Of a DNA stretch of 64,000 nt, positions 12,913 to 24,900 are shown in pieces. The translations under genes were made by a program, and so were the position numbers. The stretch comes from Daphnia carinata. Lineage: Eukaryota. The stretch lies in assembly GCF_022539665.2 (NCBI RefSeq), contig NC_081333.1, positions 4,960,001 through 5,024,000 of the forward strand. Direction: 5' to 3'. How positions within the stretch are numbered: position 1 is the stretch's first letter; each line of letters begins with the position of its first letter. The notes beneath the pieces were generated by a model, which saw nothing but the letters and a program-made list of their open reading frames with translations, was not told the DNA's origin and did no database searches.

Positions 12913-13148
12913 TCAAAAGGAGAATGCGAGTGGCGTTAACGGGCGGGTTGGATCAGCCGTTTGTCCCAAGCGAAAGGAAGTGTGCAACGCTTTGCTGCTA
13001 CCGTTTCCAGTTCAAATAGACAATAGGCTACTTGGGAAGGCCTATTTCAAAAACTGCTAGAGCGGGACCTCAGACTATGCAATGTTTCGCCCATCCTAGC
13101 CGCACCTCATTTTTGTGTACATTTTATTTATTTTGGTTAAATTCTATA

Positions 13149-13420
13149 TGAAGTCTTTGTCTTTGATTTATCATGGTGATTATGTCTAGTTATACTGGAT
13201 ATATTGTATGTGCCTTTAATACGTTTGTTAAAAAGCATTTTCTTAGATGTGACACCGTTTGGTACGGTATCGATTAAGCATCCTTGAAATGACTATGAAA
13301 CTAAGTGAAATCTATAACCTAATCACAGTCGGATACGAGCGTAAGAGTTACCGTCATATCACATGTTCCTTTGGTTTATGTTATTGGATCTAAAAAATTG
13401 CGCGAATTCTTTTAATTTCT
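13149..13420 (+). repeat. Direct repeat of 17564-17850 (mib2 downstream region)
   Basis: Shared blocks ATGAAGTCTTTG…GATTATGTCTAGTTATACTGGATATATTG…GGATACGAGCG…. Confidence 0.85.
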
Positions 13421-14159
13421 ACCCTTTAAGCTGAGAAAATAGCTATGGCAGCTGCTTTTATGTAGTAGGCACTCACTCAGCGCAAATGCTTTTTGCACTC
13501 CGGCATAGAAGGGCGGCGAAAGGATGACGAGTTCGCCTCTTACCTTAAAAGATGAGGTATTTGAATAAACACCCGACCATAGCTTAGTGGCTCAGGTTAA
13601 TATTAAAAATAAAAGGGGAGAGAAGACACATATGTATGCAACTTGATGAGGAAGGACCTCACGAAGAACACCGAATACCCGAAAGCAAGTCTTGGAAAAA
13701 CAACCCCGCCGTCCTGTGTTCAGATGTTTAAGCGCAAGTGACGTAGCTGCCATTTTTTTTAGTGCAACATGGTAATTTGAAGATCAAAATTAATTATCAC
13801 CAGGTATCGGATGTGTTAGCTGGGGGAATTCTGTTGAAATTGGGAAGAAATTATTATTATTAAATTTAATTATTGCCAATAAAAATATAAAAAATGGAAA
13901 ATATCAACAGCACAAACCGAAATTTGAATGTGTTGCGTGCAGGAAGGTCGACGATTTGGACACAAGGAGGAGAACAGCCAGTTAAACTATTAAATTAAAC
14001 GTTTCTAAGATTTGTGTTTCATATAATTTACTGGGCAATATCAATGGGCTAGCGAATAGAATCTATAAATAAAACCAAAATTTGGCCTGTCTTCCCTCAC
14101 CAAAGCAAGCGTATACCACATTTTTCAATTAACTGCAATATTTAAAATGACGATAAGAA

Positions 14160-15450
14160 TATTACCTCTGAGCTACGAGCAGTGTATTGGCAGCCTGATG
14201 GTAACCGGGTGAAATTCCAGTACTTAGACGGGTGTCACGAATTTCGTTACAAGCATTTGTGGATTTCTGGGATCCTATGTTGTCAATATGATAGTAACGG
14301 AATCGGTACCGCCACTTTTTCAAGCTAAAATTTAATTTTTTGTTTAACATTATTTTCATTACTTTCAGGTGTTTGCACCTCTTCGACAACCAAGCGCTCC
14401 ATTGATATTGTGGCTCTATTGATGTATGTCACGTTCAAAACTACACTGTACGTGTTCAAGTTTTTAGAAGGAGTTTCAGTTTCGTATTCAATTTCGTATT
14501 CAATTTCAAGTCTTGTTTTTCTCCTGGCATTATCTTTGTCGGCATTTGTATCTTTAGGTTCAGTGTCTTCTATATCCGATTCACTTTCTAACTCTCTTTC
14601 TAGATGACTGTCAGCTTCAACATATTCAATCTCTTCGTTTTCGCTCTGTTCTTCTAGTTCTTTCTCTAGCTCTTCATCAATCTCCTGGTTAAAAAAAAAA
14701 AAAATTATAAACTACTCTATATGGAAACTCTATAATTCAACAAAATTTCCAAAGGAATCTACAAACCTCTTCTCCTTCGTTTTCTTCATCTTCTCCATAG
14801 TCCTCGCCTTCTATATTCACTCCCGCGTCTTCCGCCTCTTCCAAAGGTCTACTAAAAGCAACTTGAGGGAAGTTGAAAATGTCACCGTACCAAAGGTTAT
14901 TCCAATCGGTGAGTGTTATTATTATTTAGATACAAAAATAATAAAAAAACATACAGATTAAATTTTAAGACGTTCGAGAAGTTCTTTTTCGAAAATGAAT
15001 GAATCTAGACGGGCAGCGACTAGGACTTTTTCTTCTTGGCGACGGTCACGCCTATTTTGTTTTGTTTGGATAGGCACCAGTTTCTTCCCATCGGGAGCAA
15101 TATTGGAATAATTAAAATATTTAGGAAAATAGGGTTATTCATGCCGAATAATTGCTAAATGACATTTTAAACACTTACTGTCCTTGCAGTCTCAGTTTTT
15201 TCATTAGTGTCAGGTATTGGGAGATTTTAAGCAGTCAGTATGCACTTTTGCTTGTTAAAGCCTGGCCAGAACATAAGGTACTCATTAATCTGTCGAAGGG
15301 CGTTTTCCAAGCTTTTAGACAGCTTTACTTTTTCCCACATGTTACGGGAAATCTGGTCCTAAAATAAAATAATTGATCTTATATCTATACAAAGTAACAT
15401 GAACTATGCTTGAAGACCTTCTGAGACATTGCCCATCTTCCCGGGATATC
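14160..15450 (-). pseudogene. Unassigned spliced coding remnant with acidic (E/D-rich) tracts, possibly transposon-derived
   Basis: Exon-like blocks separated by short AT-rich introns on the minus strand. E-rich segments at 14580-14690 and 14770-14850. No family recognised. Confidence 0.3.
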
Positions 15451-15723
15451 ATAAACAATTTGTATGGCTGTTTTAAGCTATGGTTTCAAATTTGAATACG
15501 GCAGATTATGCTCACACACAATAGAGTTCATATTCAAACTAAGTGATTTTAAAATAGGAATTATGTTCCCATTAGATCTCAATGATTCTACTGTGCAATC
15601 AACTTACATAGAACTGCTTTTAATAAATATGATTAACGCAAAATGGTAGATGAATTTCATAACAAATAGTAGAACTGAAAAATTTATATGAATTGCAACC
15701 TATTACGTTTTGTTTGAAAACAA

Positions 15724-17515
15724 ATGCAGGGTAACCAGGGCAGTGGCAACGGGAATGTTGGAACTGTTGTTGAAATGGGTAAACCCGGAAGCCCATCAAG
15801 GCCTGACAAAACAATTGTCGTGCAGTGGGATATTGGTGCTAGAAAGAATTACTGTGTTGGTTATCAAGGAGATTATGATTTAAGGGTAATGCAAAATCAG
15901 TTTTGATGTCTTCTGTTGTGTTTTAATGCTACAATTATGGGGATAATGCCCCAGTTGGTGTTAAGTTTCAGGACATTGTACGTGATGGCTGCAAGTGCCA
16001 AGGAATCTCAGGAATGAGACGGAAGTGCCGATTGTGTAAAGATTTTGATTTATGTACTTCCTGTTTCACGGAAGAAAAACATGATCTGTTTCACTCATTT
16101 TCACGCTATGAAAATGCATCATCATTTGGGTATATTTGCTTCTTTAGTTTTACATAATTCTAGTACCTGTTTTCTATCTTTGAATTCAATTGTTATTGTG
16201 AATAAACGGTAAAGCATGCCAAAAATTCAAGTCACAGGTGTATTTTTGGTAGAGCCAAAGTAGTTCTAGGACCTGACTGGGACTGGGAAATCAGGTATGC
16301 AAAAATGAATTTTTTTGCGACAGTTGATTTTACTTCTAGTTTTTTTTTCTATAAAGGATGTTGGATGGCTAATGTAGCTTGGGCTTCTGGCTCGACAAAT
16401 GTTTACCGTCTGGGGTACAAGGGTAGATGGATTTGAGTTGTGTTCATGCTGCCGGAGGGGGAATATTACTATCGTGAAGCACTTCCGGTTTTAGAACTAT
16501 CAAACGATTTTACCAGCAGACCTTCGGGCGATCCCAGCTCCTCAAGCGCCGTTGCAGCGTTTAGCGTGGGCGACGAAGTCAAAGTTACCGTTGAGGCCGA
16601 TCGGCTAAGAGAAATGCAAGAAGGACACGGAGGCTGGACTCCTCGTGTGGTGGAGGTACATCGCTGTTCGAATTCATATTTTAGCGTTGTGAGATGGCAT
16701 TCCGTCTCCTCTTCCCCCGCTTTCCTGGTCGTCAAAAGTGCATAGGTCACGTCGGAACAGTTCACGGCGTGACCGAAAGGGGAGATATTCGAGTTCAATT
16801 TGATGGCCGTAACCAACGTTGGACGTTCCATCCGCGAACAATTTATCGTTTATCGGATTTTTCTGTCGGAGTCGCAGTAAGGCTAAACGATGATATCGCA
16901 CACGTGAAACTTCTTCAACGAGGTCATGGAGTGTCGGTTGATTTAATGCGATTGGTATGTATGATTTTAGCAATGCAATGTTGTTGAAGCATGACGTTTC
17001 TGTCAGATGAAATTACGCACAACTCCGTAATATCTGAAAAGGAAAAATAAAAGAAAAAAATAATTAAATCTGTTTTCTAGGCTCCTGGTAAAATCGGTAA
17101 GGTGACAAAGGTCTATGACGATGGTGATCTACGAGTCACTGCGGATGAAGAGACTTGGACCCAATCCATTATGTCTTACGCCATTGCCCGGTTCAGCGAC
17201 AGACCTTCATAACACCATGGCTGCAAGCATTCGTCAAGAACACATAAGTCGGTTTCCTTTTTTTTAAAAATATATTATTAGTCTTACTATGAACGGTGTC
17301 TTGAATGTCCGAATTTGAGTTTTTCAAATCTGTTGGCTTCATTACTATCTCATCTGCTTATGACTGGTCCGAAACAACAGCAACAACAACCACTTTCTCT
17401 GTCTCATCCTAGCCATCAGCCGGGAACGTTGAATGAGGGCACTATAGCCGATCTGCTTGTAAGGGCGGCTGCACAGGGTAAATTTAATATCTTCGAACAG
17501 TTATTGCTACAGCAA
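15724..17515 (+). pseudogene. mib2: mind bomb 2 E3 ligase N-terminal half (MIB/HERC2-ZZ-MIB/HERC2-REP), disabled
   Basis: GTVVEMGKPGSPSRPDKTIVVQWDIGARKNY…YDLR; ZZ finger with the first Cys replaced by Arg (IVRDGC…KCRLCKDFDLCTSC); GPDWDW; FSVGDEVKV…MQEGHGGW; GDIRVQF…RWTFHP. Frameshifts present. Stops at the start of the ankyrin region. Confidence 0.9.
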
Positions 17516-18886
17516 TTAGCCTAACATGATTAATACGAATATATTTAATACATTTAAATTCAACATGAAGTCTTTGCCTTGGATTTTGCGTGATGATTAT
17601 GTCTAGTTATACTGGATATATTGTTAGTGACTTTAATACGTTTGCTACAAAGAATTTTCTTAGATTTGCCACCGTGCTTACTGTATTGATTAGGGATCCT
17701 TGTAATCGCAACAAGAAACTGAGTGAAATTTAAAACATAATCGCAGCCTGGATACGAGCGGAATATTACCGTCACATCACTTGTTCTTTTGGGTTTTTTT
17801 TTATTGGGTCTTGAAAAATTTCGCAAAACTTTCACTTTTCTGTCGTTTTAACCGTGTTTGAATATGCACCATTTGATAGAGGACAAGATTCCCTTTAGTG
17901 GGAGTGTGCGTCTTCTGAGGGTTGCACGTGGAGGATGGAAAAGTACAATTTCGGAAAAAATAAGAACCAGTATAGTGGTTCTTAAATCAATTCTTAAATA
18001 ATGTCGTTCTGTTTATGCAATCGTTGAATACGGCTATTTATATTGGGATGAGCTTATACCTGTTTTCAGGAGTTTGGAACTGAAATCACGCTCAAAAGAG
18101 CAATCATAACTAAAAATTTCATTATGCTACATGTTATACTTGTTGAAGGCTTTTGTTTAGGAGTTACAAAGCTGCAGTGCGATAGTGGAAAAAGGGTCTG
18201 AGCGCTACGAAATATTTCGATACAATAGGGGAAAAAGGCCCTTAGCGCAACGAAAGCTTTTGTTGCAATAGATTTCACTAGGACTGCAGTCCGTTTCGTT
18301 TTTGTTGACAACCCGGCGCTGCTGAAGACTAGCAGACGTACCTAATCGCATCACAGCTCTTAAACAAATATATAATTTTTTGTTCAAACTATGACGAAAT
18401 CACTTTCTGTTTAGGCAATAGACGTCTGGATAGATATACGTGACGGAGAATTTCAAACCAGTTCTTAGCCTAATTTCATATTGCTCTATGATCGTGGGTA
18501 AATTTGGTTAATGTTTAAATTAGGGTTATCGTTAGCATTGGCATATTTCCTTTTTTTTTAGAAAGAAAGGTGTCTAAACGAGTATGCCGTCTTGTCCTTT
18601 GACATCTCAGCCAAATGCCTTTTTAAAAGAGTCGTTTGGCAATCACTTCAGCACTAAGAAACACATAAACAGTAACTTCAAAGTGGCCATGACCTTGCTT
18701 GGCATAAATTTTGATTTCCAGTTACCACTTGAACGGCAATCTTTAAATGAAAACTGGAATGCACATACATTTGCATGCGCAACAAAAAATGCAAGAAGAA
18801 ATTTGCAAGAAAAATCGAGATGGCTGAATTTATCGGAAAGAAACACACAAAAGAACGATAGGGCTACTAGAAATGGGTTAGAACTA

Positions 18887-19087
18887 TGTAACGAGCCCAC
18901 AGGCTATCCGAAGACGGCCACACCCTCAACATCCCTCAAGCGTTTCACAAGTGAAAGTGAACATGTCCCCTCCCATTTTACCTTCATTTTGTATGTGTGT
19001 TAGTAGTATAAATACTGCATTTTTGTAACATGTAATTGGGACTTGTTACGACAATCCACTGCAATACACAAGGTTTGAAACTTTACA
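18887..19087 (+). repeat. 5' LTR (201 bp)
   Basis: TGTAACGAGCCC…AAACTTTACA. Contains TATAAAT. Confidence 0.97.
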
Positions 19088-21960
19088 ATTGGAGGTCCCA
19101 ACGAGACTCACACTTGTTGTCCAGTACAAAGTTTCTACCCGTACCTTATTTCAGTGATTGTGCTCTACACTTCCCCGACGAGTCTCCAACAACTCTACCA
19201 GACCAAGGAACACCATCAAAGGTAAGCGAATGCCGCTTGATCATATTGTATCAGACTACTCGTAAGGAGAATACTTTGTATCCGAACATTGCTGACGAAC
19301 TATCTCCACCGTTGTACCCCGTATTTCCCGAGCCAGACACAACCAACCAAAATCCCAACTACTCTCGAGAAAATTTTTTAGACCACTGGAAAACTCTTGT
19401 GGACTTAGAATTTGAACAAGAAGTAGAACAAAACAAAACCTATCAGACTACCACGACAAAAGCAAAAATCCAACAAATAGAATCCAAAAAACAAGAAGTT
19501 ATTAAAGAGACACACAACGCATTACAATTGTATTCATATACGTTGTTAGAACCATCGTTGCAAGTACCAAGTGGTATAACAGCAGAAACTATTACAAACA
19601 CCACAAAGACAGTCAAAAATTACGTAGAATCCCTTGGTGGCAACACCGAAAACCTTGACAGTTTATTACAGCAAATTAGCATTGTACATGGTAAAGAGAA
19701 AGAATTCTTATTAGGTACCAGCCGTATTTTACAAAAAGAAGTAGTACTTGCGCATATTACAGAGAAAAAATGTTCGTCTGAACTCAATTTTGAGTTACAG
19801 AGCTTAAGAAAGCAGCTAGAGAACAACAAGAAAAAGGCAAAGAGTTCCAAATACACCTTAAGTAGCTCCCTTGAACAACTCCAAGAAAGTAACGAAACAC
19901 TAAAAAACTCCCTTGAAAAAACTGCCAATCGAATAAGCGAATTAGAAACAAGCCTTGAAAGTGCCACAGCAACAGAAAACCAACTACACAACCTGTTACG
20001 AAAAAAAGAAGCCAATATCATAGCAGTTGAGAGAGAAGGGCAAGAAATAATTAGCAAACTTGAAAGTGAAAGAAAACAACTGGTTACGAAGTTAGAAACC
20101 GCCGAGCAACAGATAAAAGCAGCTTTAGAAACAAACAAACAACTTCAGACAGAAACAAAAGAAACAAAAGAGATCCTTGAAAAAACCTTAACAGAAAAAA
20201 TCGCCTTACGAAGAAGTCTGATAGATATTACTACAAAGAATAAAAATCTTGAAACAGAATTACAAAAAATCAACGCACAGACAATAGACCAAGAAGAAAA
20301 GATTAAGTATCTGGAGAACAGGATAAGAGAATATAGAAAGCAACAGGTAACATTCGCTGAAACCGAAGACTTAGACAACTCCAACGAACCAGGAGAGATA
20401 ACGAAATTAGTAAGTGAGATAAACGACCTAACCTCAATAACAGAAGGAGACAAATCCCTTCACTTCGAGTTAGAATCCGAACAAGTTGAAAAACTACAGC
20501 AACTCAACAACGACCTACAGAACCAAATCGAGATCCAAAACAACAACCTTCTTCAACTAGAGCGAAAGTACCAAACTCTCAAAAACAAAATCGAAATGGG
20601 ACTTTCACACAAAGAAGCTTCAAGAATTGACCGCGACACAACAGATACCGATAGCCTTGATACATCCACAACCCAACCAATTGTAAAAGCATTAGGAGAA
20701 TTATTTTCCAGAGAAGACAAAAAGTCAATTCCAATCTTCAAAGGGAAAAGTACTGATAAACTAATAACAGAATGGCTGAAGGACGCCGAACATGTCGCAC
20801 GCAACAACGACTGGGACGACAACCAAAAAATACGATTCTTCTCTGACAGACTAAAAGGCGATGCCTTAGAATGGCATGGAAACTACGTGGAAGAGCAAGG
20901 TGACGAATTAAGTTATGACGAATGGAAAACTGCCATTATTGCAAGATTCCAGGATGCATACGACTTAGCAGCACAAAGAAAAAAGTTATCCACGCTAAAA
21001 CAAAAACCTGAAGAGAAATGCAAAGCCTTTATTTCAAGAATCAACAGTCTCTACGAGTCCATTGAAGGCAAAGAAGAAAAATCTGACCAAAACCAGACCA
21101 TAGTTGAAGGTCGACTCATAAACACAGTCAAAAGAATGAGAGATTATACCAAAATCAAAATTCTGATGCAAGGCATTTTACCAAAATTCAGAGCAGAGCT
21201 CTATTTTCGAATGCCCGAAGACCCTGAAGATTTTGATCAGCTTTGTAAACAATTAATCATATCCGAAGGTATCCTATATAGCAAGGAAACTGCAGAAGAT
21301 AAGGAAATAAATGCGGTGATAGCAGGGATAACGCACCACGAAAAACAACAAGACAACGAACTTTCACAACAAAAGACAGAAATTGAGTTCTTAAAACAAA
21401 AAATTCAGGAACTGGAAAAAACTAATAAAAACCGTAACTTGGCACAGGATACTGATATAACCGTAGCAGCAGCAGATCGATACGAACCAAGATCCTCACG
21501 ATCAAGTGATCGGTACTCCAGATCACAAAATCCGCGAGTTAGATTCGACGACAGTTCAAATAGCAGAGGCCCCAGTAGTGACCGAAATTTCGGCCGAAGC
21601 AGGGAGAACAGCCCATACCGCAACAATTATACTTCACCACGAAGACAAGGTACTTCCCCAGGGTATCGACAACCCAATTACCCTTCATATCAACAAACAC
21701 CGAGACCTTCATACAACAACGGACCGACCCATTACAATCAACCACACTTTCAACCGAGCAACAATCAACAAGCGTATCACCAAAACCCAGGTTATCCACG
21801 ACAATACCCGCAGCAACGACAAAACCAGCCGAACACCCACGACACTCTTGGAAATAAGATTATTATCTGTTACAAGTGCAATAAAAAAGGACACATTGCA
21901 CGAGAATGTTGGACAGATATGGCACGTATCAACAACCCGAACCACCGTCCAATGCAGTAA
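19036..21960 (+). CDS. gag: Gag: long coiled-coil N-terminal extension, capsid, RS/Q-rich region, CCHC zinc knuckle
   Basis: 974-codon open frame. Capsid motif IPIFKGK…EWL…NDW…LKGDALEW; knuckle CYKCNKKGHIAREC. First in-frame ATG only at 20596, so the true start is uncertain. Confidence 0.92.
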   Translation: MGLVTTIHCNTQGLKLYNWRSQRDSHLLSSTKFLPVPYFSDCALHFPDESPTTLPDQGTPSKVSECRLIILYQTTRKENTLYPNIADELSPPLYPVFPEPDTTNQNPNYSRENFLDHWKTLVDLEFEQEVEQNKTYQTTTTKAKIQQIESKKQEVIKETHNALQLYSYTLLEPSLQVPSGITAETITNTTKTVKNYVESLGGNTENLDSLLQQISIVHGKEKEFLLGTSRILQKEVVLAHITEKKCSSELNFELQSLRKQLENNKKKAKSSKYTLSSSLEQLQESNETLKNSLEKTANRISELETSLESATATENQLHNLLRKKEANIIAVEREGQEIISKLESERKQLVTKLETAEQQIKAALETNKQLQTETKETKEILEKTLTEKIALRRSLIDITTKNKNLETELQKINAQTIDQEEKIKYLENRIREYRKQQVTFAETEDLDNSNEPGEITKLVSEINDLTSITEGDKSLHFELESEQVEKLQQLNNDLQNQIEIQNNNLLQLERKYQTLKNKIEMGLSHKEASRIDRDTTDTDSLDTSTTQPIVKALGELFSREDKKSIPIFKGKSTDKLITEWLKDAEHVARNNDWDDNQKIRFFSDRLKGDALEWHGNYVEEQGDELSYDEWKTAIIARFQDAYDLAAQRKKLSTLKQKPEEKCKAFISRINSLYESIEGKEEKSDQNQTIVEGRLINTVKRMRDYTKIKILMQGILPKFRAELYFRMPEDPEDFDQLCKQLIISEGILYSKETAEDKEINAVIAGITHHEKQQDNELSQQKTEIEFLKQKIQELEKTNKNRNLAQDTDITVAAADRYEPRSSRSSDRYSRSQNPRVRFDDSSNSRGPSSDRNFGRSRENSPYRNNYTSPRRQGTSPGYRQPNYPSYQQTPRPSYNNGPTHYNQPHFQPSNNQQAYHQNPGYPRQYPQQRQNQPNTHDTLGNKIIICYKCNKKGHIARECWTDMARINNPNHRPMQ
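19090..19106 (+). promoter_or_regulatory. Primer-binding site, tRNA-Gln type
   Basis: TGGAGGTCCCAACGAGA, 2 nt after the LTR. Near-complement of the tRNA-Gln 3' end (…UCUCGGUGGGACCUCCA). Confidence 0.85.
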
Positions 21961-24900
21961 ACACAATATCCCTACCAACCAACCCTTTAACACAAAATTT
22001 AGAAATAGCGATACCCAAACTAATCCGTATACCAGTAAGAATTTTTGGAAAAGAAATTAAGGCTTTAGTAGACACAGGAGCAGCAGCCAGTTTAGTTTCT
22101 GACAGCATATTTTTTAATCTAAAGGAGTATGAAGAACTTAAGATTGCCGGAGAAATAGGACCTGGAGAAATAGGACCCGGAGATTTAGGACCCCAAAATA
22201 GGACCTGGAGAAATAGGACCCGGAGAATTAGGACCCAATCATCAATCATATTTTGAAGGGTCCTATTTCTCCCTCATAAGGGTCCTATTTCTCCATAGTA
22301 ATGGTCCTATTTCTCCTTGGGAAATAGCCCTAAAGCCCGCTGTTATAAAGGAAGAACCGGACGGCTTATGTAGTTTTCCGCACTCCAAACCACGTTATCA
22401 ATTGCTCGTGTAATCAGTCCATCATAACTTTTTTGTTTGAATTCATATTTGTATTTTTTTTGCACGATTACACGCATTATCTATTGCTTTACACAGCTCA
22501 TGTATAAAAGTTATGTTTATTTTTACACAGTGTTTGATTTTTTGCCCTTGACCTTTCGTTAGTGGCGTTTCCAGTCCTAGTATCGCCCTCCCCCCTGGCT
22601 GATATCCTTATTCCATGCGAATTCCCGGAGACGAGGGGTATGCTTTCCCCTAAGTACTCCTTAATACACTGATAAATAATAAAAAAATTATATATATATT
22701 ATTTAAGACAAGCACATTTTTTAATAAAAAAAATATATGCCGCAAAACCATAAATAGAGACCTACGTGGCAAGAACGAAAATAATGAGTTCCGCTCGGAT
22801 CATGGAAGGCATGCCAGTGTATTGTTATACAAAACTATCATTGCACGGCTTGTAAATAATGGAACACGAGGCAGCTCATCCATGTCAATATCGGCAATTC
22901 ATACGATAAGTTTTTTTTTTTTTCGCTAGTTTATTCAGTTTATGCTTTCCTTTCATTTTTCGTTTTCTTAATGTTGATTTATCCCTTTTCTGTTGTTGTT
23001 CCTTTCTCTTTTCTTGTTCTTCGATGCGTTCAACCAACTTCTTTCTCGTTTGTGATGTTGATTTTATTCTCTTTCCTAATTGGTTTATCAAGCTCGCAAT
23101 CAATTCCACATTTTTTTTAACCTATTGCGCTTAGTATTCTTTTATCTGTTAAAATACAGAAAAGTAAAATTAGTTGAAGGTCTATTTTTTTTTGTCGAAA
23201 TCAAAGTTTACCTTGGCATCTGTTATTTTTCCTTTGTTTGTTTAGTTTCTTCTTCTCCCACTTATCTAACTTCCGTTTAAGTTGAGTTTTCATTTTATCA
23301 GAGTCCTGCTTTTCCCCTGAAATTGGATGGCATATGCTGGCTTGCCTTCCTTAAACAAAAAGATTATAGCACATACATACCCTACTAGCCTTTGTCCGTC
23401 CCAGGGACATCCCATCTACGTCCTGGCTGGCCGATCGGGACGTCCTATTCTGACGGCAGATGTACGTCATCAGGATGTCCTAATGTCCGGTTTTAGGGAC
23501 GTCCACTGGAGGACGTCCTACGGACGTAATTAATTGGAAGTCCTGGTAACGTCCTTATTTGGGAGTACTACGGACGTCCTTAGTTGGACGTCTGCAGGAT
23601 GGCAAATCCGTACGTTCAGTGAACGTACGTATTGGAACATCCGCGGAATGTCCGGATCGCGGCATCCAAAGGACGCAAGAAAATTTGTTTAAATTAAAAT
23701 AAAACCATAAATTTTTGGTAATTGATTTACATTTATTTTTACAAAATACAAACAATTAAACAAAAATTTAGCAGGTAACATCAAAAGCCTAAAAGGTCCC
23801 GCTTCTTCTTCACTGTCGGTGTAAATGAACTTGCCAGCTCTATCACTAGTTTTCGAACTGGCTTTTTTGGAACCAAGCTGTGTAATGGCTACATCGAAAT
23901 CGCTGTCGACCGAGGTAATTGATGTTTGCGAAGGTGTTCTCACCTGGACGGAAAGAATAAAAAATGGGAAATTGTGATCGGCGTAGAAACTCGAACAGGA
24001 AGATGATTTGAAATACCGGTCTCTTCCATCTACTGTTTGTTTCAGTATCAGAGGTAGCCGATTCGGCACTGATGGAAGATAGCGAGCGGAATCAACGACT
24101 TTCGCCCCCATTCATGTACGTGCGTTTGTATGGGTTGTCTTCCTTTAAATGATTGGGACGACCAACGATTCCATTTTTATCCTGCAACCAAATAAATTCA
24201 ACGCACACAGATTGAGAACTGTTTCCTTGTCATCGATAATTACGGAAAAGCCAAACCTTTTTCATTGCGGGGATGTTCGACTGTACGCCTGCTATGAGTT
24301 GAATGACTTGTTCAAAGCCTTCTTTTTGGATCGTTTCCCCACGTAAATATACAAGGTCATAGACATTGGAGCCATGATTGGCGTCAGTTCTGCTGGGGTG
24401 ATAGTTTTTTGTAGATCAGACAGAGACAAAATCGCTGTTGCTTGTGGAAGGTTTGTTCTCGCAATCGAAAATACGATCGTGATAATTTCTCTCTTCGGCT
24501 GACCATGTAACACAAATTTCGAACCTACAGCGAAGAACAGTTTTTACTGACAACTCTGCATTTAACGAGATAAAATAATAAAGTTAATGAGAAGTATGTT
24601 CATACCCTCTCTAGGTCTTGTAGCTGTACAAACAATTTCATACGTTCCATATCTTGCTGTTGTTGCTGACTTAATCTTTCCGTTTCAGTGGTTTTGGGTG
24701 GTAGCAATGGTCTGTCTCGGTTGGACTGGAAATTTTAAAAAAGAAAATTGATTGCTTGTAGTAGAGTCACATGAATTTGGGAGCACACACCTTTCGTTTA
24801 AGTACCCAAAAGTTGAAAATTTGATCAACGACAACGACATCGAGATCAAGATCTAGCGTCCGCGCCGTTTCATTAATGCTGGCATGCTTATAAAAGTCCG

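Noticed and set aside
19620..21993. Several minus-strand ORFs over gag
   Set aside because: Antisense shadows of an A-rich coding strand, with no motifs.
22146..22256. GEIGPGEIGPGDLGP collagen-like peptide after the protease motif
   Set aside because: It is the translation of the MULE's 15-bp terminal repeat array, not part of Pol.
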